A stretch of 64,000 nt of DNA from Candidatus Omnitrophota bacterium (GCA_041650935.1 JBAZKH010000005.1:1574-65573), one strand, 5' to 3'. Counted from the first letter of the stretch, positions 1 through 9,995 are shown. The notes: generated from the sequence alone by a model not told the origin. A program made the numbers and translations.

Positions 1-30
1 CATGTATACACCCTCTTTCAGGAACGGCCG

Positions 31-633
31 TCATATCTTCTTCCGTCCTTTCTTCTTCAAACCATTCTCGTAGAATTTATGGACTACCTTTACGCTGGCG
101 ATGATCAATACTATGCCGGTCACGATGAGAAGCGACGGTTTCGTATACTTAACTATCGCAATGCCAAAAGTCGACAGCAGGAATATCCTGGGTATCACGC
201 CGATCAGAGTGCACGTAATAAAGACCGGGAACGGTATCCTGGTAATGCCGGCCGCGATAGAAAAAACTTTGAACGGCACTATGGGCAGCATGCGGCCTAT
301 CAGCACGCTATATCCGCCGTATTTCTTGGCGAAGGCTTCGGCCTTGGCTATGTGATGTGGTTTTATAAGAATGAACCTTCCGTATTTCAATATCACCGGC
401 ATAGCCGCATAACGGCCCAGGGCATAGCCGACGATACTGCCTGCTGTCGCGCCGAGAGAGCCGAAGATCATTATCGAGACTACCGGCACGCCTATGGCGC
501 CCGCCCCTATAATTATAACTTCAGACGGTATCGGGACAACGCTGGACTCTAGTAACATTCCGATAAATACACCGAGATCGCCGAGGTTCGTTACAAGCGC
601 GGTCACCTTACCCGCCATCGCCTGTTCCATCAT
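31..633 (-). CDS. DedA/TVP38 family integral membrane protein
   Basis: 200 aa, multi-pass hydrophobic, G-rich helices typical of DedA (SNARE-associated) family. Confidence 0.6.
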   Translation of the reverse strand: MMEQAMAGKVTALVTNLGDLGVFIGMLLESSVVPIPSEVIIIGAGAIGVPVVSIMIFGSLGATAGSIVGYALGRYAAMPVILKYGRFILIKPHHIAKAEAFAKKYGGYSVLIGRMLPIVPFKVFSIAAGITRIPFPVFITCTLIGVIPRIFLLSTFGIAIVKYTKPSLLIVTGIVLIIASVKVVHKFYENGLKKKGRKKI

Positions 634-645
634 AGAACGCCGCCC

Positions 646-1314
646 CTATTTTTTTGAATCCATTTTAATGACCAGCGCAATAAAGCGCAGGGTATCCACG
701 ATCGGGTTGATCCTGCTCTTCTCGTCCTGATAGACCGTCTTTATCGGGACCGCGGCTATCCTGAAACCCTTGCGGCACGCTTTGATGATAAGCTCCGATT
801 CGATCTCGAATTTCGAAGAGTCGAGCTCGAGCGATTCCAGGACCCGCCGTTTTATAAGACGGTATCCGCACTGGGTGTCGGGGACATACTGCCCGCATCT
901 CTTCGATATAAAAAACGACATGAAACGATTCGTCTTTCGCCGCACCCACGGCATATCCGCGGTATCGCTCATCCTGTTACCGATGACGATATCAGCGCCG
1001 GTCGCTTCCATCGTTTTTATGAAATCCGGTATACTGCTCACCTCGTGCTGGTTATCCCCGTCCATAATGATAACGGCGTCGAACTTTTTCTTCAAGGCGT
1101 GTTTAAAACCTTCCCTCACCGAGGCGCCTTTGCCCATATTCTGCGCGTGCTTTACCACTATAGCGCCTTCTTTGGCCGCGATAACGGCGGTATCGTCGGC
1201 AGAGCCGTCGTCTACGACATAAGCGGGCAGGCCTAACTCCCGGACATCCCTTACGATCCGGCCTATCGTCCGCGCTTCATTGTAAGACGGTATGAGGACG
1301 CAGATATTATTCAT
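646..1314 (-). CDS. Family 2 glycosyltransferase (dolichyl-phosphate mannose/glucose synthase-like)
   Basis: N-terminal 'ICVLIPSYNEA...VVDDGS(A)DDT' GT2 signature; probable true start at internal Met (MNNICVL), 6 nt after the upstream gene stop; ORF track extends to 1368. Confidence 0.6.
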   Translation of the reverse strand: MNNICVLIPSYNEARTIGRIVRDVRELGLPAYVVDDGSADDTAVIAAKEGAIVVKHAQNMGKGASVREGFKHALKKKFDAVIIMDGDNQHEVSSIPDFIKTMEATGADIVIGNRMSDTADMPWVRRKTNRFMSFFISKRCGQYVPDTQCGYRLIKRRVLESLELDSSKFEIESELIIKACRKGFRIAAVPIKTVYQDEKSRINPIVDTLRFIALVIKMDSKK

Positions 1315-2173
1315 CTTTGCTCCACATGTCCTTGAATATATACCACTGCGTAGGATAGCGCCGCACATACGTTTCGATTATCGCGGCGCATTTACCGGCC
1401 AGTTCCATCACAGCCGCATCTTCGGGTTTACTGCGATCCGCATAAATGGGCTCCTCGAAACTAAGACAAAAAGTATCGTCCGGCCGCCTTATGATAAGCG
1501 TTGGGATAAGAGGAGCGCCCAGCCTGTATCCAAATACGGACGGCCCCTTCGGGAAGAGTGTCTTCTTGCCGAAAAAATCGAGCATCAGGCCGTTCCCGGT
1601 AAAGTCCCTGTCGCCCAATAACCCGAGAAGCCTGTTCGATTTAAGTATGTGGTAGCACGCCTTGAGCGACGCGCCGATCTCTATCGGCGTAAGCTTGCCG
1701 CGGAGGCGCTGGCGCCTGAAGAATGCGTCTATCTTCTTGTTACGGTGAGTAAGAACGACCGCGCTCATGGGATACCCCAGTAAAGAGATGGCCGAACCGC
1801 CTAATTCCCAATTACCGATATGCGCCGATACCAATACAGCCCCGCATTTTTTTGCCAGGGCGGAATCGATATTGTGCCTGCCTTCCACTTTTACGAACCT
1901 GTTCACATACTCTTCGTCTATTTTTGAAAATCTGAAAAAGTCTACGAGGTACTTCGCGAAATTCCTGTAGAGCTCCCGCGCCATACGGCGCAACTCCGGT
2001 TCGCCGGGGGCTGGCAATACGATGGTCCTCAAATTTTTTATGACCGCCGCCCTGTCGCCGCGCTGTATCATATAGCACAGACCTGCAATAAAAGACGCCA
2101 GGCCGTATGCGGCCTTAAGGGGCAAAACATTGACTAAAAAATAACCTATCCGGTATAATATATATAAGACCAT
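1307..2173 (-). CDS. Lipid A biosynthesis lauroyl/myristoyl acyltransferase family (LpxL/HtrB-like)
   Basis: 288 aa with 'HIGNWELGG' acyltransferase motif and N-terminal membrane anchor. Confidence 0.55.
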   Translation of the reverse strand: MVLYILYRIGYFLVNVLPLKAAYGLASFIAGLCYMIQRGDRAAVIKNLRTIVLPAPGEPELRRMARELYRNFAKYLVDFFRFSKIDEEYVNRFVKVEGRHNIDSALAKKCGAVLVSAHIGNWELGGSAISLLGYPMSAVVLTHRNKKIDAFFRRQRLRGKLTPIEIGASLKACYHILKSNRLLGLLGDRDFTGNGLMLDFFGKKTLFPKGPSVFGYRLGAPLIPTLIIRRPDDTFCLSFEEPIYADRSKPEDAAVMELAGKCAAIIETYVRRYPTQWYIFKDMWSKDE

Positions 2174-2175
2174 TA

Positions 2176-3285
2176 CTAATGTATCGACTCCAATATAAGC
2201 TTTGCTATGTCGACGGCGCTCTCCGGCCTGGCGAGAGAGCGGGCTTTATCGCTCATAGCGGTAAGTTTATGTCTATTCTCAAGCAATTCCAGAAGAAGGA
2301 CTCCGGCATCCTCCGGGCTTTCGCCCTTTACGGCCACGCCCTCGTTGAGCAAGAACCTGGTATTCATCGCTTCCTGGCCGGGCAGAGGATTGATTATAAG
2401 CATCGGAAGCCCCCTGGCAAGAGCCTCGGCCGTCGTTATGCCTCCGGGCTTCGTAATTATCATATCCGAGACGCACATGAGCTCGTCGATGTTTTCTACG
2501 TACGAGAGTATCGTCACCTTCTTTTGGTAGCGTCTGCGCCTAAGCCAATTATAGAGCTTTTTATTGGTCCCGCATACTATAACGGGCTCGAGATCAACCG
2601 GGAGCCTGTCGAGGAGCCGCACCAGCTCTTTTAGCGGACCGAGCCCCTGGGTACCGCCCATGATCAGTATGTGCGGTCTTTTCCCGTCCAACCCCAGTTT
2701 TTTACATAACGCCTGCCTGTCCGGGAATATGCGGAACTTCGGATCTATCGGTATCCCGTAATCCTTTATCCGCGAAGGGTCGATACCATTTGCTACAAGC
2801 TTATCGCCGGTCTCCTGCGAAGGCACTATATAATAGTCGACATTATGATATATCCAGTATGAATGCGGCGCGTAATCCGTCAGGACGCCTATTAAGGGGA
2901 TGTCCAACGCGAACGTCTTTTTATAATCGGCGATCATGCCGCACGGAAAAGCCTGAGTGCAGACTATGGCGCCCGGTTTGAAGTCATCGAGCAGTGTCTC
3001 CAGCTTACCGGTATTGAACCTGTGTATCATGGCTCTCAATTTCTGTGTCTGCTTAAGAACCTCGGGATTATCATAAAGATAGTCCCATAACTCGGGCTTG
3101 TGCTGGACAACGCTCATATAGGCCCTGTTTATGATCTTTTCTAGTATGGGATTCGTGTAATTGAAGGAATTTATATTGAGCGTCTCCACGCCTCCGTCTA
3201 GTTCGCGCAGAGCTTTCTCGATCGCGAGACTGGCGCAATGGTGGCCGGAATGTTCGGATATGAATAAAAGTAAAACCTTCTTCAT
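2176..3285 (-). CDS. GT28 glycosyltransferase, MGDG synthase / diacylglycerol glucosyltransferase (UgtP)-like
   Basis: 369 aa; N-terminal 'KKVLLLFISEHSGHH' and C-terminal 'GGTQG...TKPGG' motifs of MGDG-synthase/MurG-like fold. Confidence 0.5.
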   Translation of the reverse strand: MKKVLLLFISEHSGHHCASLAIEKALRELDGGVETLNINSFNYTNPILEKIINRAYMSVVQHKPELWDYLYDNPEVLKQTQKLRAMIHRFNTGKLETLLDDFKPGAIVCTQAFPCGMIADYKKTFALDIPLIGVLTDYAPHSYWIYHNVDYYIVPSQETGDKLVANGIDPSRIKDYGIPIDPKFRIFPDRQALCKKLGLDGKRPHILIMGGTQGLGPLKELVRLLDRLPVDLEPVIVCGTNKKLYNWLRRRRYQKKVTILSYVENIDELMCVSDMIITKPGGITTAEALARGLPMLIINPLPGQEAMNTRFLLNEGVAVKGESPEDAGVLLLELLENRHKLTAMSDKARSLARPESAVDIAKLILESIH

Positions 3286-3287
3286 CG

Positions 3288-3518
3288 CTATTCGATCCTG
3301 GCCAGCACCTGGCCCACTTTAGCTTCGAGCCCCTCGCCCACCAGTATCTCTTTAAGCGTCCCTGATGCGGGCGCGGGAAGATTGAACGTCGCTTTATCCG
3401 TAACGAGCTCGACGAGATCCTCGCCCTCTTTGATACTCTCTCCAACCGCGTGGTGCCAATAAGATATGCCCGCCTTATCTATGCCTTCCGCTATCGGCGG
3501 TAATTTCACTTCTGTCAT
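3288..3518 (-). CDS. Standalone lipoyl-attachment domain protein
   Basis: 76 aa from internal Met (MTEVKLPP...); lipoyl-lysine motif 'TDKATFNLPAP'; directly upstream of lpd; ORF track extends to 3626. Confidence 0.5.
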   Translation of the reverse strand: MTEVKLPPIAEGIDKAGISYWHHAVGESIKEGEDLVELVTDKATFNLPAPASGTLKEILVGEGLEAKVGQVLARIE

Positions 3519-3532
3519 CGCATCGTCTCCTT

Positions 3533-4903
3533 TTAAACTCCATGTATCGGTATATCGCAAAAGGCGCGCGCGGCCTCCTGCCATATTTCCGATAAAGTCG
3601 GGTGGCCATGGACCACGCGGCTCCACTCTTCTATGCCGAGATCCGCAGTCCTGGCGAGAACGCCTTCCGCTATCAGCTCGCAGGCACCCGCTCCGAATAT
3701 CTCCAGGCCCAGTATCCGGCCGCGCGGATCACCTATCACTTTGGCAAAACCCTCGCCCTGCCCCATAAGAGCGGCCTTGCCGCATCCTAAATACGGGAAT
3801 TTGGCTATCTTCACATCGGGGAATGCGGCCTTTGCATCTTCCTCGCGCATACCTACGCTCGCGATCTGCGGCTCCGTCCAGATACAGCTTGGCACATTGG
3901 AATAGTCGGGCCGCCTCATCTTTCCCAGTATATTATCTACCGCTATGACGCCGTCATACGACGCTTTATGCGCAAGGAGCGGGCCGTCGATACAGTCGCC
4001 TATCGCGTAGATATTTTTCAAATGGGTCCTGAGATACTCATCCACAACGATCCGCCCCGTAATAGTCTCTATGCCGAGAGCGGCGAGATCACCTATAGAG
4101 CCGGTAACGGGCGTTCTTCCGACGGAAACAAGTATCTTCTCCGTCTCAAGCGGCCGGGCGCCGGATAACGTGATCATAAGACTGCCAGGCCTCTTCGCTA
4201 TCGACTCGACCGCAGAAGAAGTAAATATATCGATGCCGCGGCGCCTGAAGCTTAGCTCCAGTTTCTTTGAGACTTCCCTCGATTGCGCCGGGATGAGCCT
4301 ATCCGTATATTCGATTATAGCAACCCGCGATCCAAGGCTATTATATAGACCGGCAAATTCACAGCCGATCACACCGCCGCCTATTATTACAAGGCTCTTT
4401 GGGATCGAGCGGATATCCAGGATATCGTCGCTGGAAAGGATGTCATGACCGTCAAATTTTACGTTCGCCGGCGCGGCCGGTTTTGCGCCGCTGGCAATAA
4501 TTATATTCTTTGCGGAGATTTCGCCGGCGCCGTCGACTTTAAGGGTATCGGGAGAATCGATCGCCGCGGCGCCTTTCACAAGCGCGATCGAATTAGCCCT
4601 GAAAAGCGTCTCTACCCCGGTCCTCAGGCGTTTGACGATCTCATCTTTCCTGGAGACCATCCTGGAAAAATCTACTTTACAGGCGCCGGTCTCGATACCA
4701 TGCAGGCGGGATTCCTTTATGGTCGAAAGCACCGAAGCAGAGGCAAGCAGGGATTTTGTAGGTATACATCCCCTGTTTAAGCATGTACCGCCGATGAGAT
4801 CTTTTTCGATTACACATGTCTTGAGCTTATGGCGGGAGGCATAGATCGCGGCAATGTAGCCGCCGGGACCGGAACCTATTATGGCGAGGTCATATTTCGT
4901 CAT
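3533..4903 (-). CDS. lpdA: Dihydrolipoyl dehydrogenase (E3)
   Basis: 456 aa; 'GSGPGGY' FAD motif, redox disulfide 'GGTCLNRGCIP', C-terminal HGHPT. Confidence 0.85.
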   Translation of the reverse strand: MTKYDLAIIGSGPGGYIAAIYASRHKLKTCVIEKDLIGGTCLNRGCIPTKSLLASASVLSTIKESRLHGIETGACKVDFSRMVSRKDEIVKRLRTGVETLFRANSIALVKGAAAIDSPDTLKVDGAGEISAKNIIIASGAKPAAPANVKFDGHDILSSDDILDIRSIPKSLVIIGGGVIGCEFAGLYNSLGSRVAIIEYTDRLIPAQSREVSKKLELSFRRRGIDIFTSSAVESIAKRPGSLMITLSGARPLETEKILVSVGRTPVTGSIGDLAALGIETITGRIVVDEYLRTHLKNIYAIGDCIDGPLLAHKASYDGVIAVDNILGKMRRPDYSNVPSCIWTEPQIASVGMREEDAKAAFPDVKIAKFPYLGCGKAALMGQGEGFAKVIGDPRGRILGLEIFGAGACELIAEGVLARTADLGIEEWSRVVHGHPTLSEIWQEAARAFCDIPIHGV

Positions 4904-5829
4904 AGTATAGCGATCGAACTCTTTATCGCCTTTGCCGATGCGCGAAAAGCCGCATCCTCCTCTTTGGACAATCCCAGCTCTATTATCTTCTCGATGCCGT
5001 TTTTGCCTATCTTACACGGAACGCCGATAGCGACATCTCTGAGGCCGTACTCACCGTCCAGGCAGGCCGACGCGACCGCCGTCTGGTTTGTATCGCCCAA
5101 TACCATGGTTATCATTTTAAATACCGCGGCGCTGGGCGAGTAATACGCGCTTCCCGAACCGAAAAGGCCGACTATCTCGGCGCCCCTGTCACGCGTCCTT
5201 TTAACGATCGCATCCAGCCGCTCTTTAGGCAGCATCCCGGCCAGAGGCTTACCGGAAACCGTCGTTTTGGATAGAACGGGAACCATCGTGTCACCGTGGC
5301 TGCCCAGCATGTAGGTTTGTATTGATGAACGCGGGACATTAAGCTCTTCAGCCAGCAAATATATAAATCGCGCCGTATCTAAAAGGCCCGCCATGCCGAA
5401 GACCCGCTCTTTTTTAAAACCGGTGGCCTTAAGCGCCAGGTAGGTCATTGTATCCAGGGGATTGGTAACTATGATAACTATCGAGCCCGGAGCATAACAT
5501 TTGATATTTTCCGAAACACCCTTTACTATCCGGGCGTTTTTTGCAATAAGATCCTCGCGGGTCATGCCGGGCTTTCTGGCCAGGCCGGCGGTAACGACCA
5601 CTATATCGGATCCTTCTATTTTGGTGTAATCGTCGGTTCCCGTAATGGAGCGCTCGTGAGGAATTATGGGCGAGGCGTCAAGAAGATCGAAGGCTTTACC
5701 GACAGCCAGATTCTTGACTATGTCGAGAAGGACGACATCGGCCATGCCCGATTCGAGCACCCTATGGGCAAGCGTAGCGCCCACCGCCCCTGCGCCTATT
5801 ATCGAAACTTTTGAGACCTTCGCTGTCAT
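4900..5829 (-). CDS. mdh: Malate dehydrogenase (LDH-like family)
   Basis: 309 aa; 'IIGAGAVG' Rossmann motif, 'TAGLARKPGMTREDL' substrate loop typical of LDH-like MDH. Confidence 0.75.
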   Translation of the reverse strand: MTAKVSKVSIIGAGAVGATLAHRVLESGMADVVLLDIVKNLAVGKAFDLLDASPIIPHERSITGTDDYTKIEGSDIVVVTAGLARKPGMTREDLIAKNARIVKGVSENIKCYAPGSIVIIVTNPLDTMTYLALKATGFKKERVFGMAGLLDTARFIYLLAEELNVPRSSIQTYMLGSHGDTMVPVLSKTTVSGKPLAGMLPKERLDAIVKRTRDRGAEIVGLFGSGSAYYSPSAAVFKMITMVLGDTNQTAVASACLDGEYGLRDVAIGVPCKIGKNGIEKIIELGLSKEEDAAFRASAKAIKSSIAIL

Positions 5830-6932
5830 TATTTTAATTTCTCTATGATAGCATCCGCCATCCGGCTCGTGCCTACGGCTGTCGGGTCATTCCTATCCGC
5901 TTTAAGATCGTAGGTGACGAATTTGCCTTCGGCTATTACCTGTGAGACGGCCTGTTCGAGCCTATCCGCATTCTTATATTCGCCCATATGCCTCAGCATA
6001 AGTACGCACGACAATATTATCGCTACGGGGTTGACTTTATCCATACCCTTATATTTCGGCGCGCTCCCGTGGGTCGGCTCAAATAGCGCCGCGCTTTCCC
6101 CTATGTTGGCGCCGGGCGCGACTCCCAATCCGCCGATGAGGCCGGCGCAAAGATCGGATATGATATCACCGTAAAGATTGGGAAGGACAAGGACGTCATA
6201 ATCCTCCGGCTTCTGGACAAGCTGCATGCACATATTATCGACTATCCTATCCTCAAATGCGATCCTGCCTTCGTACGATTTCGCGACTTCGCGCGCGACT
6301 TCAAGGAACAATCCGTCCGTGAATTTCATTATGTTTGCCTTGTGTACGGCCGTAACCTTCTTCCGTTTGTTTGCCACGGCGTATTCAAAAGCAAATTTGA
6401 CTATCCTTTTCGAGCCTTCGACAGAAATCGGCTTTATGCTGATCGCCGAATCCTGCCTTATTTTCTTTTTTCCCAGGGTCTCCAGCAGTTCGATAAGCGT
6501 CCTGACATCCCTGGTCCCCTTCTGGAACTCGATACCGGCATAAAGGTCCTCCGTATTCTCCCTTACGATAACGAGATCTATGCCGGAATACCTAGACCTT
6601 ACTCCTTTATAGCTCTTGCAGGGACGCAGACACGCGTAAAGATCCAGCCGCCTCCTTAGCTCGACATTGATGCTCCTGAAGCCGGTGCCCACCGGCGTGG
6701 TAATCGGCCCCTTCAAGGCAATTTTATTTCCTGCTATAGACTCAACGACACCCTCTGGCAGAGGCGTCTTGTATTTTTCGATCGCGGATTCACCGGCCTC
6801 AACCACATCCCAGGCTATATCTATCCCCAGGGCCTCGACACACCTTCTGGCGGCCTGGGCCAGTTCAGGGCCCGTACCGTCTCCGGGAATGAGTGTCACT
6901 CTATATTTTTTACTCAAAATTGAACCCCCCAT
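5829..6932 (-). CDS. icd: Isocitrate dehydrogenase family (NAD-IDH-like; homoisocitrate DH not excluded)
   Basis: 367 aa; 'LIPGDGTGPE', 'NVELRRRLDLYACLRP', 'VHKANIMKFTDGLF' (IDH-type rather than LeuB 'DKANVL'), 'PNLYGDIISD'. Confidence 0.6.
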   Translation of the reverse strand: MGGSILSKKYRVTLIPGDGTGPELAQAARRCVEALGIDIAWDVVEAGESAIEKYKTPLPEGVVESIAGNKIALKGPITTPVGTGFRSINVELRRRLDLYACLRPCKSYKGVRSRYSGIDLVIVRENTEDLYAGIEFQKGTRDVRTLIELLETLGKKKIRQDSAISIKPISVEGSKRIVKFAFEYAVANKRKKVTAVHKANIMKFTDGLFLEVAREVAKSYEGRIAFEDRIVDNMCMQLVQKPEDYDVLVLPNLYGDIISDLCAGLIGGLGVAPGANIGESAALFEPTHGSAPKYKGMDKVNPVAIILSCVLMLRHMGEYKNADRLEQAVSQVIAEGKFVTYDLKADRNDPTAVGTSRMADAIIEKLK

Positions 6933-7410
6933 ACTTCTTAAAATGCTCGACTACGCCGCCATCCCGGAGCAGTCTCTTCATAACCGACGGTATGGGCTTT
7001 ATATCGAAGACCAGTCCCTTTGCCCTGTCTTTCAGCTTCCCGCCGTCTATATCCAGATCCAGCTCATCGCCGTCATCTATGAAATCCGTATCGCACTCCA
7101 CAAGGACGAGCCCCAGATTGAAAGCGTTCCTGTAAAATATCCGCGCAAAACTCTTCGCCGCCACCGCGTAAAACCCGGCGGATTTAAGAGCCTGGGGCGC
7201 CTGTTCACGCGATGAACCGCATCCGAAATTCTCACCGGCCACCAGGACATCGCCTTTTGTAACACGCGCCGCGAACTCCGGATCGATATCCTCGAATATA
7301 TGTTTGGCCAGCTCTTTCGGGTCCTGTATCTTGAATTTGTAACGCCCCGAAATTACATAATCGGTATTTACGTTGTCCTGTACTTTTAACCTTCTGGCGC
7401 AATGCTTCAT
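6910..7410 (-). CDS. leuD: LeuD-like small subunit of aconitase-family hydro-lyase (archaeal-type, 166 aa)
   Basis: Short LeuD/HACN small-subunit architecture, 'GENFGCGSSREQAP' motif. Confidence 0.7.
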   Translation of the reverse strand: MKHCARRLKVQDNVNTDYVISGRYKFKIQDPKELAKHIFEDIDPEFAARVTKGDVLVAGENFGCGSSREQAPQALKSAGFYAVAAKSFARIFYRNAFNLGLVLVECDTDFIDDGDELDLDIDGGKLKDRAKGLVFDIKPIPSVMKRLLRDGGVVEHFKKYGGFNFE

Positions 7411-8669
7411 AGTCTATTCTTATGCTCCCTCGGATCCGTTATCCGGCCGGTAATTGCCGATGAGGCAACCGTAGCCGGGCTGGCAAGATATATGAATGAA
7501 TTCGGGTTACCCATCCTGCCCTTAAAGTTCCTGTTTGCCGTCGAGATCGCCGATTCCCCGTCGGCAAGAACACCGTTATGGGTGCCGACGCACGGCCCGC
7601 ATCCGGGGGCCACAACGATACAGCCTGACTTTATGAATATCTCTATAAACCCTTTCCTGACCGCATCGAGGTATATCTCCTTCGATGCCGGGGCGATGAC
7701 AAACCTTACATCGGGATGCACGCTTTTACCCTTCATTATCCGCGCGGCGGCCTCCAGGTCCTCGAGCCTGCCGTTAGTACAGGTGCCTACGTATGCCTGG
7801 TCTATCCGCGTACCGCTAAGCGCCGTGACATCGCTGACGTTATCTACCGCGTGAGGCTTCGCAACCTGCGGCGCAAGTTTCGAGACATCATAGGTCTTTA
7901 CGGCAGCGTACTTCGCCGCCGGATCCGCCGCAGTAGGATGAGGGGTCTTGAACGAGCGCTCTTTCACCCACTTCAGGACCTTTTCATCCGCTTCCATCAA
8001 TCCCGCCTTGGCGCCCATCTCGACCGCCATATTCGAAATGGTAAGGCGCTCATCGACGCTCATGGCCGATATCGTCTCTCCGCAAAATTCCACCGCTTTA
8101 TAGGTAGCGCCGTTCGCGCTTATATCTTTTATGATGTGAAGTATGACGTCTTTAGAGTAGACGCCCTTCGGCAGTTTGCCCTTTACGATAATCTTGATAG
8201 TTTCCGGGACCTTGAACCAGTTCTTGCCGCTCGCCAGAGTAATGGCGAGATCGGTCGAACCGACCCCTGTCGAGAAGACGTTTATAGCACCGTAAGTGCA
8301 GGTATGGGAATCCGCGCCCAGCACAAGATCGCCGCATGTGACATGCCCCTTCTGGGGAATGAGCTGATGGCATACGCCGCAGCCTATATCATACAACCCC
8401 AGATCGAAGGCCCCGGCAAAGGCCCGCATCTTCTTATGTATTTCGGAAACGCCTATGTTGGGACTCGGGGCGCTGTGGTCGATTACCATGCAGAACCGGG
8501 ATTTATCGAATACCCGATTTACGCCAAGTTTCCTGAAACTATCTATTATGATAGAGCTCGTGCCGTCCTGGCCAAAACAGAAATCGACGCCGCATATTGC
8601 TATGTCACCCGCTTTTAACTCTCTGCCGGCATGGTTTGAAAGTATCTTCTCCGCTATCGTCTTACCCAT
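7407..8669 (-). CDS. leuC: LeuC-like large subunit of aconitase-family hydro-lyase (archaeal-type, 420 aa)
   Basis: Fe-S cluster cysteines (CGPC..), 'GSCTNGR'-like motifs; overlaps leuD by 4 nt. Confidence 0.75.
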   Translation of the reverse strand: MGKTIAEKILSNHAGRELKAGDIAICGVDFCFGQDGTSSIIIDSFRKLGVNRVFDKSRFCMVIDHSAPSPNIGVSEIHKKMRAFAGAFDLGLYDIGCGVCHQLIPQKGHVTCGDLVLGADSHTCTYGAINVFSTGVGSTDLAITLASGKNWFKVPETIKIIVKGKLPKGVYSKDVILHIIKDISANGATYKAVEFCGETISAMSVDERLTISNMAVEMGAKAGLMEADEKVLKWVKERSFKTPHPTAADPAAKYAAVKTYDVSKLAPQVAKPHAVDNVSDVTALSGTRIDQAYVGTCTNGRLEDLEAAARIMKGKSVHPDVRFVIAPASKEIYLDAVRKGFIEIFIKSGCIVVAPGCGPCVGTHNGVLADGESAISTANRNFKGRMGNPNSFIYLASPATVASSAITGRITDPREHKNRL

Positions 8670-9828
8670 TTTTTGATATCCACTCCTCTATTCTGTCCAT
8701 CCCCTTCTTTATCGAGCCTGAGCCCGCGGCAAAACTCAACCGTATGACCGAATCGTCGCCGAACGGCTCTCCCGGTATGACCGCAACCCTGGCTTCGTCG
8801 AGAAGCCTGTTGGCGGCCTCCACCGAAGAGATCTTCAGCCCGGAGATATCGCATAAGACATAAAACGCCCCGTCCGGCCTGGTGCACGAAACCTTATTCA
8901 TCCCGCCTATCCTGGAGACCATAAGATCGCGCCTCTTTTCGAATTCGGCCCTCATCTCGGCGACACAATTCTGGTCACCCGTAATCGCGGCAAGAGCCGC
9001 CTTCTGGCTGATAGAGCACGGGTTGGAAGCCGCGTGGCTCTGTAGATTCGCAGCAGCCTTCATCACTTCCGCCGGACCCGCGGCATAGCCTATGCGCCAG
9101 CCGGTCATCGAGTGACTTTTCGACAGACCGTTCACCGTTATAGTACGCTCATAAATGTCTTTGCCGAGCGCGGCGATCGATATGTGCCTGACGTCACCGT
9201 AAACAAGCTTTTCGTATATCTCATCGCTTATAACATAAAAATTATGCTTTACGGCAAGCTTTGCGATAAATTTCAATTCCGCCTCCGAATATACGGAACC
9301 GGTGGGGTTCGAGGGGCTGTTCAATACCATACATCTCGTCTTCCGCGTTATGCCGGAGGCAAGCTCCTTTTCGGTAACCTTAAAATTATTTTTAGCTGTT
9401 GTCTTGAGAAAGACGGGAGTAGCGGAAGCTATGCCGGCCATCGCCGGGTAACTCAACCAGTAGGGCGCGGGTATAAGGACTTCGTCGCCGCCTTCGCATA
9501 ATACCTGGAATATGTTATTGAGCGAATGTTTCGCGCCGTTCGATACGACTATCTGCGCGATCGAATATTCGAGCGCATTATCTTTCTTAAATTTCCGCGC
9601 GATGGCTTCCCGTAATTCCTGCGTGCCGCTCGATGGAGTATACTTCGTAAAACCGCTTTTTATCGCTTCGATACCGGCTTCTTTTACATGCGCCGGCGTA
9701 TCAAAATCCGGCTCACCGGCCGCAAAGCTTACGACATCTATGCCTTCCTTAACCAGCTTCTTTGCCCTGGAGGTTATCTGAAGCGTTACCGATTCACCTA
9801 TGCCTGCCACTCTCTTAGCGAGCTTCAT
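8662..9828 (-). CDS. aspC: Aspartate/aromatic aminotransferase (class I PLP aminotransferase)
   Basis: 388 aa; 'SNGAKHS', 'NGLSKSHSMTGWRIGY' PLP-lysine region; AAGGAG SD 7 nt upstream of ATG. Confidence 0.7.
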   Translation of the reverse strand: MKLAKRVAGIGESVTLQITSRAKKLVKEGIDVVSFAAGEPDFDTPAHVKEAGIEAIKSGFTKYTPSSGTQELREAIARKFKKDNALEYSIAQIVVSNGAKHSLNNIFQVLCEGGDEVLIPAPYWLSYPAMAGIASATPVFLKTTAKNNFKVTEKELASGITRKTRCMVLNSPSNPTGSVYSEAELKFIAKLAVKHNFYVISDEIYEKLVYGDVRHISIAALGKDIYERTITVNGLSKSHSMTGWRIGYAAGPAEVMKAAANLQSHAASNPCSISQKAALAAITGDQNCVAEMRAEFEKRRDLMVSRIGGMNKVSCTRPDGAFYVLCDISGLKISSVEAANRLLDEARVAVIPGEPFGDDSVIRLSFAAGSGSIKKGMDRIEEWISKNG

Positions 9829-9858
9829 TTATACTTACTCCTTAATATTAGCATATAT

Positions 9859-9886
9859 ATTATATAGCAAAATTATGAATTCGCAA
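9859..9886 (-). promoter_or_regulatory. Sigma70-like promoter for aspC (TTGCGA-16-TATAAT)
   Basis: Read on minus strand: TTGCGA, 16 nt spacer, TATAAT, about 30 nt upstream of the AAGGAG SD. Confidence 0.45.
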
Positions 9887-9965
9887 GCGGAAAAATTGGG
9901 AAAATTGGGAATGTTATACAAGGTTAAAATATCCTGTTTATACTGTTAGTAGTAGCCCTTTAAAG

Positions 9966-9995
9966 AAGCAGGGCACCTTTAAAGGTGCCCTGCTT
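9966..9995 (-). terminator. Putative intrinsic terminator after rplQ (perfect 13-bp inverted repeat GCAGGGCACCTTT/AAAGGTGCCCTGC)
   Basis: Perfect palindrome followed by UUCUUUA on the minus-strand transcript; lies between rplQ stop and the aspC promoter. Confidence 0.5.
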
